Assembly: GCA_964036045.1 (NCBI GenBank)
Contig: OZ038379.1
Location: 75,020,001 to 75,084,000 of the forward strand
Direction: 5' to 3'
Source of the DNA: Eutreptiella sp. 'Long Island Sound 2002'
Taxonomy: Eukaryota > Protista > Euglenida
DNA length: 64,000 nucleotides
Numbering within the stretch: position 1 is the first letter of the stretch; each line of letters opens with the position of its first letter. This document shows positions 12,483 through 24,800 of the stretch, piece by piece. The translations under genes were made by a program, and so were the position numbers. The notes beneath the pieces were generated by a model. The model did no database searches and was not told where the DNA came from. It saw only the letters and a list, made by a program, of their open reading frames with translations.

Positions 12483-12929
12483 CTGGTTTTTGTTGCTGAA
12501 GAGGCCATGAAACTCGTCCTCCAGCATCGCAAGCAGTGCAGGCCCCAGCTCCCTCAGGAAAGGATTGAGCATGGCCACCAGCCGCGCGTAGTACGGCAGC
12601 AGCTCAAGGCTGGTCCGTGACACACCAAACAAGGCCTTGAGCAACTTCTTGCGGCAATGCTTGTGGCTCCGCGGTGCCACAGCACTGCCCTCCGCAAAGC
12701 TGAACGTGCAAAAGTCCACTGCAAACTGGTGGATGAGGTCCTTGGTACAAGCCTTTGGGAGGCGGCAGAGCAGTTCGTCCAGCTGCGCCGCCTCTCCGGC
12801 GCCGGCTGCTGCCTTGTCCTTCTCCGCCGGTTTGCGCTCAGCTTTGGTCTTGGGGTCGCCGTCCTCCTCCTCCTCATCCTCCTCCGCCTCCCCGCGCTTC
12901 CTCCCATTGATCATGTGTTCGGGGATCAC
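12483..12929 (-). CDS. UPF2: UPF2 (NMD factor) internal exon, 149 codons, start of MIF4G domain 2
   Basis: LDELLCRLPKACTKDLIHQFAVDFC...RKKLLKALFGVSRTSLELLPYYARLVAML...LEDEFHGL matches UPF2 MIF4G-2. Acceptor TGCAG at 12930, donor GT at 12482, phase 0 on both sides. Confidence 0.93.
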
Positions 12930-13405
12930 CTGCACAATGAATGTGAGAGGCCACGGTCAATCGGTGCAGGTCTGAGCCCTCACAGCCCCGAGGGTGTGTG
13001 CACGTCCCCTTCCGGCAGACAGGGGTGCAGGAAGGCGGGCAAGACATGTGCTGGGCACAAGGACCGCACTGGGGACAGCCTGGGTTGACCTTTTGACACA
13101 CAGCGGTGGCTCATTGACAGTCACTCTTGATGACGAGTGGTTGGCAGACACCCAACACTAACCCACAGCCATTGCTTGAATGGGCGGTGTTTGGGCTGTT
13201 GCGTCCGCCGGGAGGCTTGCCTCCCAAGAAGATGCCCTTCAAGGTCGTGTCCCCTCTCGCTCTCAACCAGATTTTCCACATCTCCTCCGATGGCCATTGA
13301 CCAGCCATAGCGATTCAGAACACCAGCAGTCCGTAGTCCACAAAGATCCCCAAAAAGAGGGACCAAGCTCCTGATGCACAGACCAACATGACTTGACACA
13401 CTCAC
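12930..13405 (-). other. UPF2: Conventional 476-nt GT-AG spliceosomal intron of UPF2
   Basis: CAG|GTGAGT donor and TGCAG|GTG acceptor; splicing gives the continuous FYEDFPEDLAQ-VIPEHMI. Confidence 0.9.
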
Positions 13406-13779
13406 CTGCGCGAGGTCCTCCGGAAAGTCCTCATAGAAGGCGCGGGACTCCTCATCGTCAAACAACGGCAGGGGATTGTTGAGGTCGTAAGGCGCCTCCT
13501 CCGATGAGGCTGCCGCCATTGAGTACGACGTGAAATATATGTTCTGATTGTTGGTGTTGGTGGTCAGGGTGAGCTCAGGTATTGGCGGAATGCGGGCCTT
13601 TTGGTCCACCATCTCTGCGAGGCTCAATGCGGCCGCGTGGTACTTCTGCAGGTGCTTCTTCCTCCTCTCGAACAGGCGGCGTTGCTCTTCTGTCAGTTCG
13701 CCCCGCATACTGATCATCTTCTCGTTGTCCGAGCGGATCTCTGCTATGTCTTTGAAGGAGAGCTGCAAGACCTCCGTCA
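13406..13779 (-). CDS. UPF2: UPF2 internal exon, end of MIF4G-1 and linker
   Basis: NEKMISMRGELTEE...AAALSLAEMVD and LPLFDDEESRAFYEDFPEDL match UPF2. Likely acceptor CCTTGTACCAG at 13780; an alternative AG at 13763 cannot be excluded. Confidence 0.88.
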
Positions 13780-15249
13780 CTGGTACAAGGAAAATGGAAT
13801 ACAACGTGGCGGTGAAGGCCAAGTGCAGCCCTGTGCCACTGAGAGGCACTGTGAGGCAAACTTGCGGGCCCCAGATGAGGGTGTGGCATTGAGTTATGCA
13901 CACCCGTGGACATGTCACCGATGATTGAAACCATAGAGACACGAACCACAACTGGGTGTGCTTCAAGGGTTTTGACAAGTTTGTGAAGGACACAAAGGAG
14001 TCTGTGGTGGCAGGCCCCATTTGCATTCCATGTGCCTTGCTTGCCACCCATAAGTTGCTTGCAAATTGTATTGCCTTAGGCAATACAACTCCAAGAGCAG
14101 AGAGGAACCTGCAACTGATTGGCACATGACAATTAACCCCCCATCTTAAGGAGGCAAAACTAGCACACTTGACATTTAAGATTTGATAATCTTGAGTGGT
14201 CCTGTTTTGGAATTTTTCATATTTGAGTGTTGAGGCAGCAAACTGCTGAAGCAGTTTGTGCACCAATCCCTTGGAAAGCCCCCCCACATTCCCAATGGCC
14301 AACTACGGTGAAAAATACTTAATATGGGCCTACAACACATGTTGCATGGGACATTGGGAGTAGTCACAATATCAAAAAAATTTGTGCAAAACAGGGAGGA
14401 ATCGAAATTGACTACATAACCCCTGCCTTCTTGGGGCCCACACAACAGGGAGGGATCAAAAGTGGCTACGGAACGTTGAGCTGTTGAGGCTAAAAGCTGT
14501 CTAAGCAGCTTGTGCACCAATTCCTTGGAAATCTCGCCAAGCACCAATGGCCAAATACTGGTTAATTACCAATATTTTTAAAGCATGAATTTTGCAACAT
14601 CAAAAATGCAATTATTAATTGGCAAATAATTTGTGTTTTGGCCCCAAATATGGGAAACTTATATTTTTTGCGACTTGTTCTCACAAATTCCCCTTCTTTC
14701 GTGCACATATTGTCAATCTAGGCTTAAAAACAGTAATGGCTTTTTTTGTGATCGATCCTTACTAATTTCATTTTTGAGTGAACATCTTTTGTCCATGGCC
14801 GTACTGCTTTATTTAGGCGTCCAAGGTTCAATTCAATTCTACACCATACCGGGGGGTTATTGGGGGTGGTCACTTTGGCTACACCTATTCAGTAGGAAAT
14901 CAGTTGTTTTTAGGTGGCTTGTCAACCATAACCTCAACAGTGCGCTCACAAAACATCTGCACATCAAAGACAACATTACCACAATCAACCGGGACTGCAG
15001 TTCCTAAAATTTGCGATTTTTTCGGCACCTTTGGAACCAAATACAGCCTGATATTGAAATTTTTGACCATTTCACCCTTGCAGCCGGCACCAAATGGCCC
15101 AAAAGGGTGTACGGTACACAAAGACAGCATTAATCTTTTACTGTCCGTATGCCTATGTACAAAGGACAAAGAGCTGAGCACAGTGGCCGATCAAGTGTTC
15201 AAGCTTCCACCCCCAGCACATGCCCCACGCCTGTGGAGCACGGTGGCAT

Positions 15250-16150
15250 AGAGGGATGAGTCGGTAGGGACCAAATCTCCTCTGTGCTCGCCTGCCCATG
15301 CGACGGCTATAGCAACGCTTGCCCTCCTTTGGATTTTACATCAGGTGCCTCCGAGAACGCCTCAAGAAGGGGAGGGGGTGAACCCACGGCAGCCCCCATG
15401 AAAGCAAGGTGGCCCACCGGTCCACGTTGAAGAACAGCTGTGCAAATACCGCGAACACCGCCATGGCCTCATTGTACATGACGTACGAGCGAGACTCCAG
15501 TATTGCATGCACACGGCTCGCTAGAACACCACCTAGAAGTCACCCGAAAGTCCGTAGAGCGGGTTCCACAGGGTTAACAACTTTATTGGGCCAATCCGCG
15601 GGCCAATCGCCCCCGGGGAAGAAATACACCGCCCACCTCCGATCCCCAAGTAGCAACCGCATTATCTCCATAACCCGTTGGTTGCGCAGTGCATAAGCCT
15701 GTTAACCCATTTGGATCATGTCCTCGGCAAGGGTCTCGCCTGCGCACGGCCACTTGGCAACGGCGCTTTGCCAAGCACAAAGCGGTGCTTGAGGCCTTGG
15801 GGGACCAGTGCCGCCATCGGGACATTAGCCACTAGACTCCCTGTTCCTTCTACGAGATGAATTCCATGGCCCAATACGCGAGGGGCACGTCCCCCATAAG
15901 TTCCTCCACTCTAGCACAAAGTGCGGCAGCTACCTCCAGACTCCGCTCATAGATGGACCGCATGTGAGCAACATCCTCCTCAACACCCCCCGCAAAATAT
16001 GTAGGGCTGCGGGGGGTACTGCTAATGAGTGACCTTCTGCCACAACATCCGCATCGTATGTATGGTTGGAAGCCTGCTGTCCCTTGCCCACAAGAAGTCC
16101 CTATGTGTCGGGCTGTGAGCTACACACCGTAGGGGCAACACCTCACCAGC
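15250..16150 (-). mobile_element. Old, heavily decayed fragment of the giant-LINE family (zinc-knuckle region)
   Basis: YFAGGVEEDVAHMRSIYERSLEVAAALCARVEELMGDVPLAYWAMEFIS aligns with LINE-A CIFCGGPEDDIGHMSLLCARDEEVARLLCRRVEEFTADLPL. Confidence 0.75.
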
Positions 16151-16189
16151 GCCTTCAAGGGAGTCCCAAGCCTCCTAGCAGACCACCTA

Positions 16190-19100
16190 GGGCAGTAATG
16201 CATGCCAAATGTGGTACTACAGCGCCTTCACCATCGGCACCCACAACATAGCATGCTCTTGCGGCAACACCAAATGGGTTGGAGGGGAAGAGGATGCGCC
16301 CCCCGCAAATTTTGGCTCTTTTAGTGGAACGGCTGACAATTGAGAGCTCTAGCGTGCCACAAATTTATGTGGCCCACCAACCTTTAGTCGCAGGCGCCGC
16401 AACCCCTCTACAGCCCTATTCAAAGGTTGCGGACTCACAAAGAGATGGGCCCTTTGATGCCACAGTACAAGATCACTTGCGCCCTACGGAGGTGCGCAAA
16501 CCACCAACCCAGAGGAGCTTAGAGCACGTGCATTACTGCCCTCATGATCTCCCCGTTGAGCACTGTGCCATGACTGACGCCCGTCCCATTTGGGTTGTCG
16601 TGACCCAGAACAGCCAACTTGGGAACACCCTCCAATGCCGGCGATGCACCTGACGACGTGACACAGGAGCCAGCCAGCAGTAAGTGTGGGGCTCCATCCA
16701 CGCAACATTGGATTAGGGCTGGTCACGATCAGCCCCAATGCCGCCGTTGCAACGGACAACTTGGGGAAGAAGTGCGCCACCGGCTTGTGGAAAACATGAG
16801 CTTCCGCTCGCATGCACCAATCCCTCGCCCGTTGTTGCACATCTCCGTCGCTTCCGCCTTGGGTATTGCCTTGGGTATTGTCCACTTGTTCCTATTTGCT
16901 CATGCCCTACATCAACCTTGGTGCCATTTCCCCCCCCCATACACACCTAGTGGTCCACTCGATCATCACCTTCCGTGCCCCTCTTCAACCTGAGCTCCCC
17001 CAATCTCTGCCCGCCCACGAGCCCCACTTGACTCCCTCTTCTCCTCATCATCTACGTTTTGCCCTGCTTCCACGTCCATGGTGTCGCCCACCTCGGCCCC
17101 ACTCGCAAGCAAAGCATCGTCGGCCGTGCCTCCGGGACTCCACTTCCACCCATTCGCTGTTCCGCGTCCTTTGCCGCCCCATCCCCTTATGCCACCAACA
17201 AGCACCCCGCATCCTGCACGGTTCCCCCCTACCGCTGCGCCTCCTCCATGCCCTCTTCAACCATCACCCCGTGTCCTAGGACTGCAGCGCCACCGCCCCT
17301 CCGAGTCCCCTTGGACTCCGCAGTGTGTCCCAACAGTTACTCCTCTGTGGCCACATGCACATCAATGTCCGGAGAGCCGCCCCACTCCGGCGAGCACCCG
17401 TTGTGCGCGCATCCTTCCCCAGAGATCACCACTGCCATCGGCACCGGCGCCCCCTGCATGGGCACCGGTCCTCCCACCGCATGGAGACGATCACCAACAT
17501 ACATACATAGATACATAGATACATACATACATACATAGTCATAGTCATATTCATAACCACTTATCATGCCGTCTACTGGAGTAACCGGGCATCTCGCACC
17601 GACAGGTGGTTCCTGCCTTGCTCGATCCCGTGGGTCCCAGGGCTGCCTGAGGTGGCCCACAGCATGACGGAGGACCCAGAGGACCGGGGATATCGGCCAA
17701 CCAGGCTTTGGGGGCAGTGGCAGCTGCAAAGCTTTAGCATTAGCAACGGCGACGGACGCTGGTCCGTTTGTTCGCCGGGGGTAAAGGGGCAAGGCACAGC
17801 AACACAGCAGCATAGCAACAAGCAGAAAGCAACGGCGTCTCCTATGGGTGCAACGCAGCAACCAAGGTACAAAGCAGCACGCATGCGGCGAAGCAAGAGC
17901 GGGCCCCTTGTTGTTCGCGTACTTCCGCCACCGTGGAGACGTCCACCACCCCATGTAATCCACTGCCAGCCGCGCACACGCAAGAGCCCGTAGATACATA
18001 GCCAGGATTTCTGGGAGGCTCTAGCTTAGCCTGGCCCTCAGCTTTCATCGCCCCCTGGCCCCCATATTGTACGCCGCCTACCCATCGCAGGCCCCACCTA
18101 GTATGGTACAGAAGCATACGGTAGCAACCCCAGACTCTCCGTTGCCCATAACCGCACCCACACCCCAGATATATATACAGTGCCGGTACTCCATGTCAGG
18201 GGCCATTACCCAATCGGCTTCGAGGTACTCGTACACTCTCACGTATATTATACCAAGAGGGTCTACAGGGGGGACACCGGCCGCCCCATGGCGCGAGGGG
18301 CGCAACCCGTGAATGTCGCTGGCTGGGATTTGGGCTGGTGGGTGCCGTAGCTTGATTATCGACCCCCTGTAGGGATACCCACCAGAGGTTCGCCCCGGGC
18401 TGTGCTAACCAGGTTCACCTCATTCGGCCCACATACATTGCCCTCACGCCTACCCTTGACCCTTACCTGCATTGATTGGCCAGCTCCCGTGGTTGCGCCG
18501 CCTCCGCCACAGTAGCGACCAGGCCGCAGCTTCAGCCTCCATCAACGACGTGGCATGCCTACTTATAGCATTGGCCCGCGTGTCACCCCCTGGACCACTC
18601 CACCTTTCTTCACCAGCCGATCATTTGGCTGCTGGTAAAACCAGGTAGGTTACACGTATATAGACGCGACTGTATACTTGGTGCTACGCCGCCGTGCAGC
18701 ACCGCCGCGGGGCCATACCGCCACTCCGCCGTGATGCCGCTGCCACCTAAGAGCCGCCAACGCATGCACCACCGCGACTGCAAGGCCGAGGTCAGACAGT
18801 TAGACTATGTACATGCCCTCAGGTACTGTCCCTCTAGTTTGTTCACGGGGCCAGGGGATGCCCATGCATTCCCCCTGAGTTGTTAGAGGGGTCAGGGGGA
18901 CACCCCAGTACCGCCAAGCGACCCCGTAGTACTCCCACTGTACGGCTCCCCAGTACCGCCGCGCTTCCCCGGTACTCCCACCATACGGACCCGAGTACTG
19001 CCACACATACCCCCGTGATCCCAGTACACAGTCATCTGCGACGCCACGTACCCTTTATGACAACATCTCCCACATCGCCACGCCATCCCAAGTACACCCA

Positions 19101-19300
19101 CCATACGGTCCACCTTACCATCACGCCGTCCCTATCCCCTATCCGCACTTCGCCTCTTCCGGGGCCTTCATGCTCCTCTCCCAACTCCCTGCTCCGATCC
19201 CAGGACCAAGGGGCGTCTCATCTCACGCACTGCAGCGCTGGCGGCGCTGTCGCTCGCCCCCACGCCGACCCGTCAACCCTCGGAGTAACCCGAGGAACCA
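16190..19300. repeat. 3' module, copy 1: decayed RNase H piece, antisense relic of the LINE 5' half, (CATA)n tract, 41-bp minisatellite
   Basis: The same block recurs at 40511-43640 and 50560-53700, and partially at 36460-38122 and 46350-48000, always abutting the LINE C-terminus. Confidence 0.9.
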
Positions 19301-19399
19301 CCCTCGTGACTGCCGTAACCGGGCCGCCGGTAGAGACCCCGGTGTCATGGGAATACCCTACAGGGGTTTGGGCCTTATTACCCTGGTCGGGACGACCCA

Positions 19400-21110
19400 T
19401 GATACCTCACTGTTGTATGTGGCGACCCGGGGCAGGCGGGTGAAGCATCCCTCTCCGACCCTCGTGCACGGGGGCAGTACGGCTCACTATCAGGCCGGCA
19501 CGACCTGTCACACCGCGTTGGCCGTCATACCCCGTCTGCCATCACCGCACACTCAGGCCATGAGGACACTGCTTCCCATGAGCCACCACCGCCGCTGTGT
19601 CCAGCATAGGGACGGTGGCAAGCGTACCCATATCTCCCACACCCTGTCAAGCTGCATTACCCTTGGCCCCCACTGTGTCCGCACCACGCGGTCCGTGATG
19701 CCACAACCAAAGAATCCGCGAGTCACCATCCAGAGCTGCCCACCACAGCAGTAGGGGCAGGGCCGCTGTCGGCGCACCGGGGCATCTCACCCCTTCCACC
19801 CGGACGCTCCTCAGGTCACCCTGGATTGCCTTCCAGGCACTTGACGACAGCTGCCCAGAGTGCCGTAGCGCCCGCCTTGCTTTAGGCCACCCCCTACCGG
19901 CACGCTCCCGACGCGACCCGCAAAGTGGGGCGGAGGCACACTGATGTACCCAAACCGGCGCCGTCTCCCTGCACCCGTGGCATCGCAGCGGGAGCACCGA
20001 CCGCGACGGGACGCAGCCGCCACCACAGCACTGCGACCACAGGTCCTGCCACACATCACAGCACGCCTCCTGGAGGCAAAGCAACGCACCCGGCAGCGCT
20101 CGTGCAGTGGCACATTTGAGCAGGCTCCGTCTCGCTTCCTCCCTCGTGGACACCGGGCTGAGTATCGGCTGTCCGTTCGACGTCGTCAGCAGGCTCTCCA
20201 GCAACCGGGGCCAGCGCCCCACCTTGTGGCTGTGTGTGCCGTGCGTCTGGAGCTCCCAGCCATAGTCCTGTACGATCTCCCTGATGACATCTACCCCGTC
20301 CAGCCTCGGGCCCCTGGCGGACGCGAGAACCAAGCGTTGTCCTCCCGACCGAGCCTCGACGACCGCTGCTAGGCCTAAGGCACCAAGGGTGTGACGGGCG
20401 TCGGCAGCCACGTTGTCATCTCCCTCAGGCAGAGAGAACAGTGCCTCCGTGACGTGGCCCTATGCGTCGTCCCCCTGAATCCGTGCAAGCTGCTTGGAAC
20501 CCACTAGCACGGCCATGGACCGCCGCTCCGTCACTGCCGGAATGACCCGTCGCAATTGCTGGTCATACAGGCACAACGCTCCCACGTCTAGCACGGTGGC
20601 CACCGCCAGAACCGGGAGGCCGCACAGAGGTTGTTGGAGGACCGGCAGAACCTCGCGAGGCCAGCCCATGATGTTGCCTACAACCGGATGGTCCGCAAAC
20701 ACCCTGAGCCACGGATCACTCTGGCCATCAGGGCCCCGCACCATGGTACCACGCACCGTGGCCCAGGATTGCGCCGACACCATGCGGGACCGCTCCCGGA
20801 ATGCAGGGTAGTCCCGGGTCATCAAGAACTCGATCCACTGGCTGAAGGCCTGCGCCACTGCTGCCATCCAGTGCGGGAACCAGGACATGGCCTCCTCGTG
20901 CGCGATGTACAACCTCGGCACCAACAGCGCGTGCAGCGGTGCCCTTTGAAAGGTCGCCTGCAGGTTGTCGGGGAGGCCGTCGAACAGGTTCCACAGCGGA
21001 TGCCGCTGGACCCTCCTTGCCGGCGGACAGAAGGGGGTGTCACCCCGCAGGAACGCGTACGCGGCCCTCCTGCGATCTTGCATCGGTGGCTGCATGATCT
21101 GGGTGAACTG
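19400..21110 (-). pseudogene. LINE-A C-terminal extension of unknown function (~550-600 aa) with a C-x2-C-x16-C-x2-C motif
   Basis: ORFs 20460-22088 and 19647-20411 continue past the ARKNH/AWRNH motif. CHGC...LCGS at 19912-19982; sibling copies read CSGC...LCWSC. Confidence 0.75.
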
Positions 21111-21383
21111 ATGGTTCTTGCGGGCATACACATCTTCCCCAGCCTGGATCATGTCCTCCACAAAGAGCTTGGCTTTCGCAGGGCCCCGGGACGATGCCGC
21201 CCGTACCGCCGCGAATAGCCGCTTCACGTCCCCGGGGACGACACCCACCGTCAGGGATTCCGTCCACCTGTAGCCGTGCTCTTTCCACGCCAAGAACTCC
21301 ACCGCCCTGTCCGTCAGGGGAAGGTCCGCAGTGAACTCCTCCACACGCCTGCACAGGAGCCGTGCCACCTCCTCGTCCCGCGC

Positions 21384-21437
21384 ACACAGCAAGCTCATGT
21401 GGCCAATGTCGTCCTCCGGCCCCCCACAGAAGATACA
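21384..21437 (-). pseudogene. LINE-A CCHC zinc knuckle
   Basis: CIFCGGPEDDIGHMSLLC (C-x2-C-x8-H-x4-C). Confidence 0.9.
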
Positions 21438-21769
21438 GGGGTGGGCCGGTATCGCCACACGAGTGAGCTTGTGCCTCCACCGCCGCATGACTTGCATGGT
21501 GGACAAGCGGCCGTCACGCGCCCTTAGCAGATTCCTGTGCGTTGGGCCGTGGTGCACCGCTCCCAGGGGCACCGCCTCACAGGCGCTAGCCAGCGGCGTA
21601 TGGGCCCTGGTGCGCGCCGCCAACGAGCGCCACTCCATCTCCTTGACGTGCTGAAGAGCTTGCATGGAGGGTACACGCGGCTCGAGCTCCCCATCGTCTC
21701 CGGGCACCAAGAGGACGGCGTGTTCCTTGGGCAGGATGAGATGAACAGGCGGGGCCATTGCACGGGCTG

Positions 21770-22160
21770 CAGCAGAGTCCGGCTCTTCAAGCAGGACTGC
21801 CGCAAAATGCGAGCTCTGCCTCACCTCCCAATGGTGCGGCCCCCGACTCTGCGTGGTAGCCGCCGCAGCCCCTCCACTATCCAGTTCAACGCGTGCTGGT
21901 TGACCAGACGTGAGGTCGGTCCGGTTATGCCACAGTATAGGGCCTCCTGCGCCCTGCGCAGGTGCTCTCCAATGATGGAGGCATCCACCACGTGCACAGT
22001 GCACGCCGACGGGGGGGTGTGCAGCAGGTACGCCGCCGCGCCGACGACCTCCGCCTCCAGGACCGTGCCGCGGATGGCACCCGTCCATGTGGGGCTCCCA
22101 TCGCTTGCCACCGCCACATTGGTGGCCCCGTCCCCCTGGGGCGAAGCGTCAGACGACGTG
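21770..22160 (-). pseudogene. LINE-A RNase H-like domain
   Basis: Four acidic residues in RNase H order: SDAS (22148), EAEVVG (22049), VVDAS (21983), EEPDSAA (21777); also LVNQHAL and WEVRQSSH. Confidence 0.7.
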
Positions 22161-23289
22161 ACTTTGGTCGCCGCCGGCACCCAACAGTAGCGGTGGGGTT
22201 CCAGCCATGCCACGTCTGAGTGGGGGCTCTGTGTTACCTTTCCCAGGGACGCCGCACTGGAGGCTGTGAGTTCCGGAGAGAGGACAGCTTTCGGCCGATA
22301 CACCACATGCGGCCTCCAGGCCACGTCGCATCCGCAGACAGACTTGATGGCGTCAAGTGCCGTGGTATACTCCGCCCCCCACACCGCCGTGGAGCAGGAG
22401 GGCTGGTACACCACCACAGAGCCCTGTTCCACTGTCCCGCCATCACGCAACGAGGTGACGGCGACATGCGGATCGTGCAACACGTTGGCTATCCGGACCA
22501 CCTCTGGGACCGAGCACTCATCGGCGTCCGGGGCGGGGCCAGCTGGTAGCAGAAGGACAATTGCCCACTCGCTGCACCCACGCACCGCTGCGCACGTCCT
22601 TGAAAACGCGGGCCGCCCATGCACAACCCACAGGGGCGATGGGTCTATGCCGCTTCCGGCACGTGGTGTGAGCAGGGGGACCGACGCCGGATCCTCCTGC
22701 TGCCGGTAACCTTCGAAGACGTCCCCGAGCAAGAACAGGAGGGCGGCCAGCGGGACAAACGGCATGGATGGCCCCGGGTTCTCTGGGTCCCAGCCGTCCT
22801 CCCTGTACCCGCCCACCACATACGCGTCCCCCGTAGCGGACTGCCTAGTGCGCTTGCTTGCCTTTTTACGGCGCACCGGGTGTATCAGACGGTGAGTCAA
22901 TGGACCGGGCATCTGCCGTCGGAAGACGTCGCGGGGCCCCGTGAATCACACGTGGTCCACGTGAGTGGGCCCAACCCCCGTGTGAGGAAGGTGCAGATGG
23001 TCCTCGTGACACTCCCGGAGCTGGACGGCCCGTTGCCCAGGCTCATGACATGGGAGCCGCGCGTGCAAGAAGTCATTCGCGGGAGCCGTCAGGGACTGTA
23101 CCGCCGCGTCAGTGCGGGGTCCGGAGAGAACGCAGATGTCCCTACCCTTGAAGGTGTAGGACTGGGACGCCCACCTCCGCCCCGCCCACTGCAGCTGCGC
23201 CAGAGTGGCGTGTACGCACCAGTACACTGACGACAGCATGAGGAGTCCCACTCGCAACGTCCCCATCGCCCGGAGTACTCTGTCCACCT

Positions 23290-24800
23290 ACCTGCTTCCC
23301 GCGTGCGTGGCAAACGACGTGGAGGGCACCAAGAACTGCCAGCATACACCGTACTGCAAGTGCATGTCTCGACGCATGGCCCGCAGCTCAGTTCGGACTG
23401 TCGCCGACCGATGGTGCGTGAGCTGAGCGAGGGTCCCTACGACGGAGTCGCGGCAGATGACCTGGACATCCGCCAGTCGTAACCCATGACCAGACCGCAC
23501 CACCACGTTGGACAGGTCCTTGGGCAGTTTCTCGAATTGCAGGGCCGCAGCCTTGATGGCAGCATTCACTTTGACCACAGCCTCTGCCGGCATCAGACAG
23601 ATATGGCGCCGCATACTGCACGATGTCGCCAACCACAGCCGCCATCACCTCATGGGGCCCCGACGCCGGCCCTAGTGTGTTCTTGCACCAGCCCAGTAGA
23701 GCTTCACACCGGAGTACATGCTTCTCCTTCATGGACGCTACCCCCCTTGGATCAAGGCGTAGGCCTAGGTAGGGCACTGTGTCCTTGGCGTGCAAGCACA
23801 CCCATGGGGCTGCCGCGTTTCCCGGTTTCAGGCACACCATGATCGAAGGGATGCGAGCAGTGGTGGCATACGCGCACTTGCCGACTTTGAGGGACATGCC
23901 CATGTCCGTAAGGTACTGTGCGATTGCTGCCGCATACTATAGGAATTGCGGCAAGGAGTGCGCTATCAGCAGGAGGTCATCACAGTACGCTTGCACCCGA
24001 GGCGGCACAGCATGGCGAGCATCTCCCTGAGCCTTGCTGGCAATGCTCCTCAAGAGGGGTTCCAAGAGGAGCAGGTAGAGCACGGCACTCTCCGCACAGC
24101 CCTGCCGCAGGCCCCTGTGGAGTCGAATGCTCGGTGTGGGGCCATGCGCGGTGACGATGCGCACGGGAGACCCGCAGCTGAGGGTGTGGAAGAGCCTGAT
24201 GAGCTCCTCCGGGACCCCCATGTGGCACAGGAGGAGCGCCACCGCCCCATGCGGAGCCGTGTCGAACGCCTTGGAACCGTCAAAGGCCAGGACGTGATTC
24301 TCCTCCCGCCCACGCTGCAGCCTGCGCTGGGCCAGGAACACCGGGGCAGCCGCCGTGGAGCCTGGCATCGCCCCAAATTGCCAGTCCGCGGACAACCCAT
24401 TGCGTGCCACGACGGCCGCGAACCTCCGCATGAGGGGGGTCATGAGCATCCGCATGTTCTGTTGTCCCAACGCTATGGGCCTGTACGCGTCCAGGTTTCC
24501 TGTGGCCGTGCCTTTGGGCAGCAGCCCGATAATGGCCTCATGCCAGGACTCCGGGACGTCCGCACCTCGCAGGATGGCCCGGTACGCGTGCACCAGGAGC
24601 CCTTGCACCGGCTCAGGCAGCTGTGCTATGAGGGCGGCCGTGACCCGATTGGACGCCGGAGCCTTGTCGTCCGCCACGGCTTGCTTCACGGCATCCTTGA
24701 GATCCTGCAGGGTGTAGTCCTGCACCGACCTCCATTCCTCCGGCAGTCCCCGAGGGATGTGGGCCCTGACCAGCCGTTCGAAGGCCGGTAGGTTCACCGG
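23290..24800 (-). pseudogene. LINE-A non-LTR reverse transcriptase and thumb
   Basis: KAPASN, YRPIAL, QFGAMPG, AFDGSKAFD, RGLRQG, AYCDDL (23976-23987), SLKVGKC, YLGLRL. In-frame TAG at 23937. Confidence 0.97.

Noticed and set aside
13121-14302. 393-aa single-exon gene
   Set aside because: Only 13406-13779 resembles UPF2 and it is bounded by splice sites; the rest is open intronic sequence.
14224-14553. Short imperfect direct repeat (14224-14302 vs 14477-14553) and a 28-bp doublet at 12297-12345
   Set aside because: Real but ordinary local duplications in non-coding DNA with no further structure.
17090-17170. Second SIL1-like motif on the minus strand of the module
   Set aside because: The same bases align over a longer collinear stretch with 35990-36320, so the resemblance is probably coincidental.
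19400-21380. Assignment to Dualen/RandI through a C-terminal restriction-like endonuclease
   Set aside because: No RHD/N...PD...(D/E)xK pattern was visible after the knuckle in A or beta copies, and the protease looks Ulp1-like rather than Josephin-like. Left open pending a profile search.
23946-24791. Long plus-strand ORFs over the LINE body (also 34965-36323, 33488-34270, 34646-35575)
   Set aside because: They are antisense shadows of GC-rich minus-strand coding sequence and show no domain motifs.
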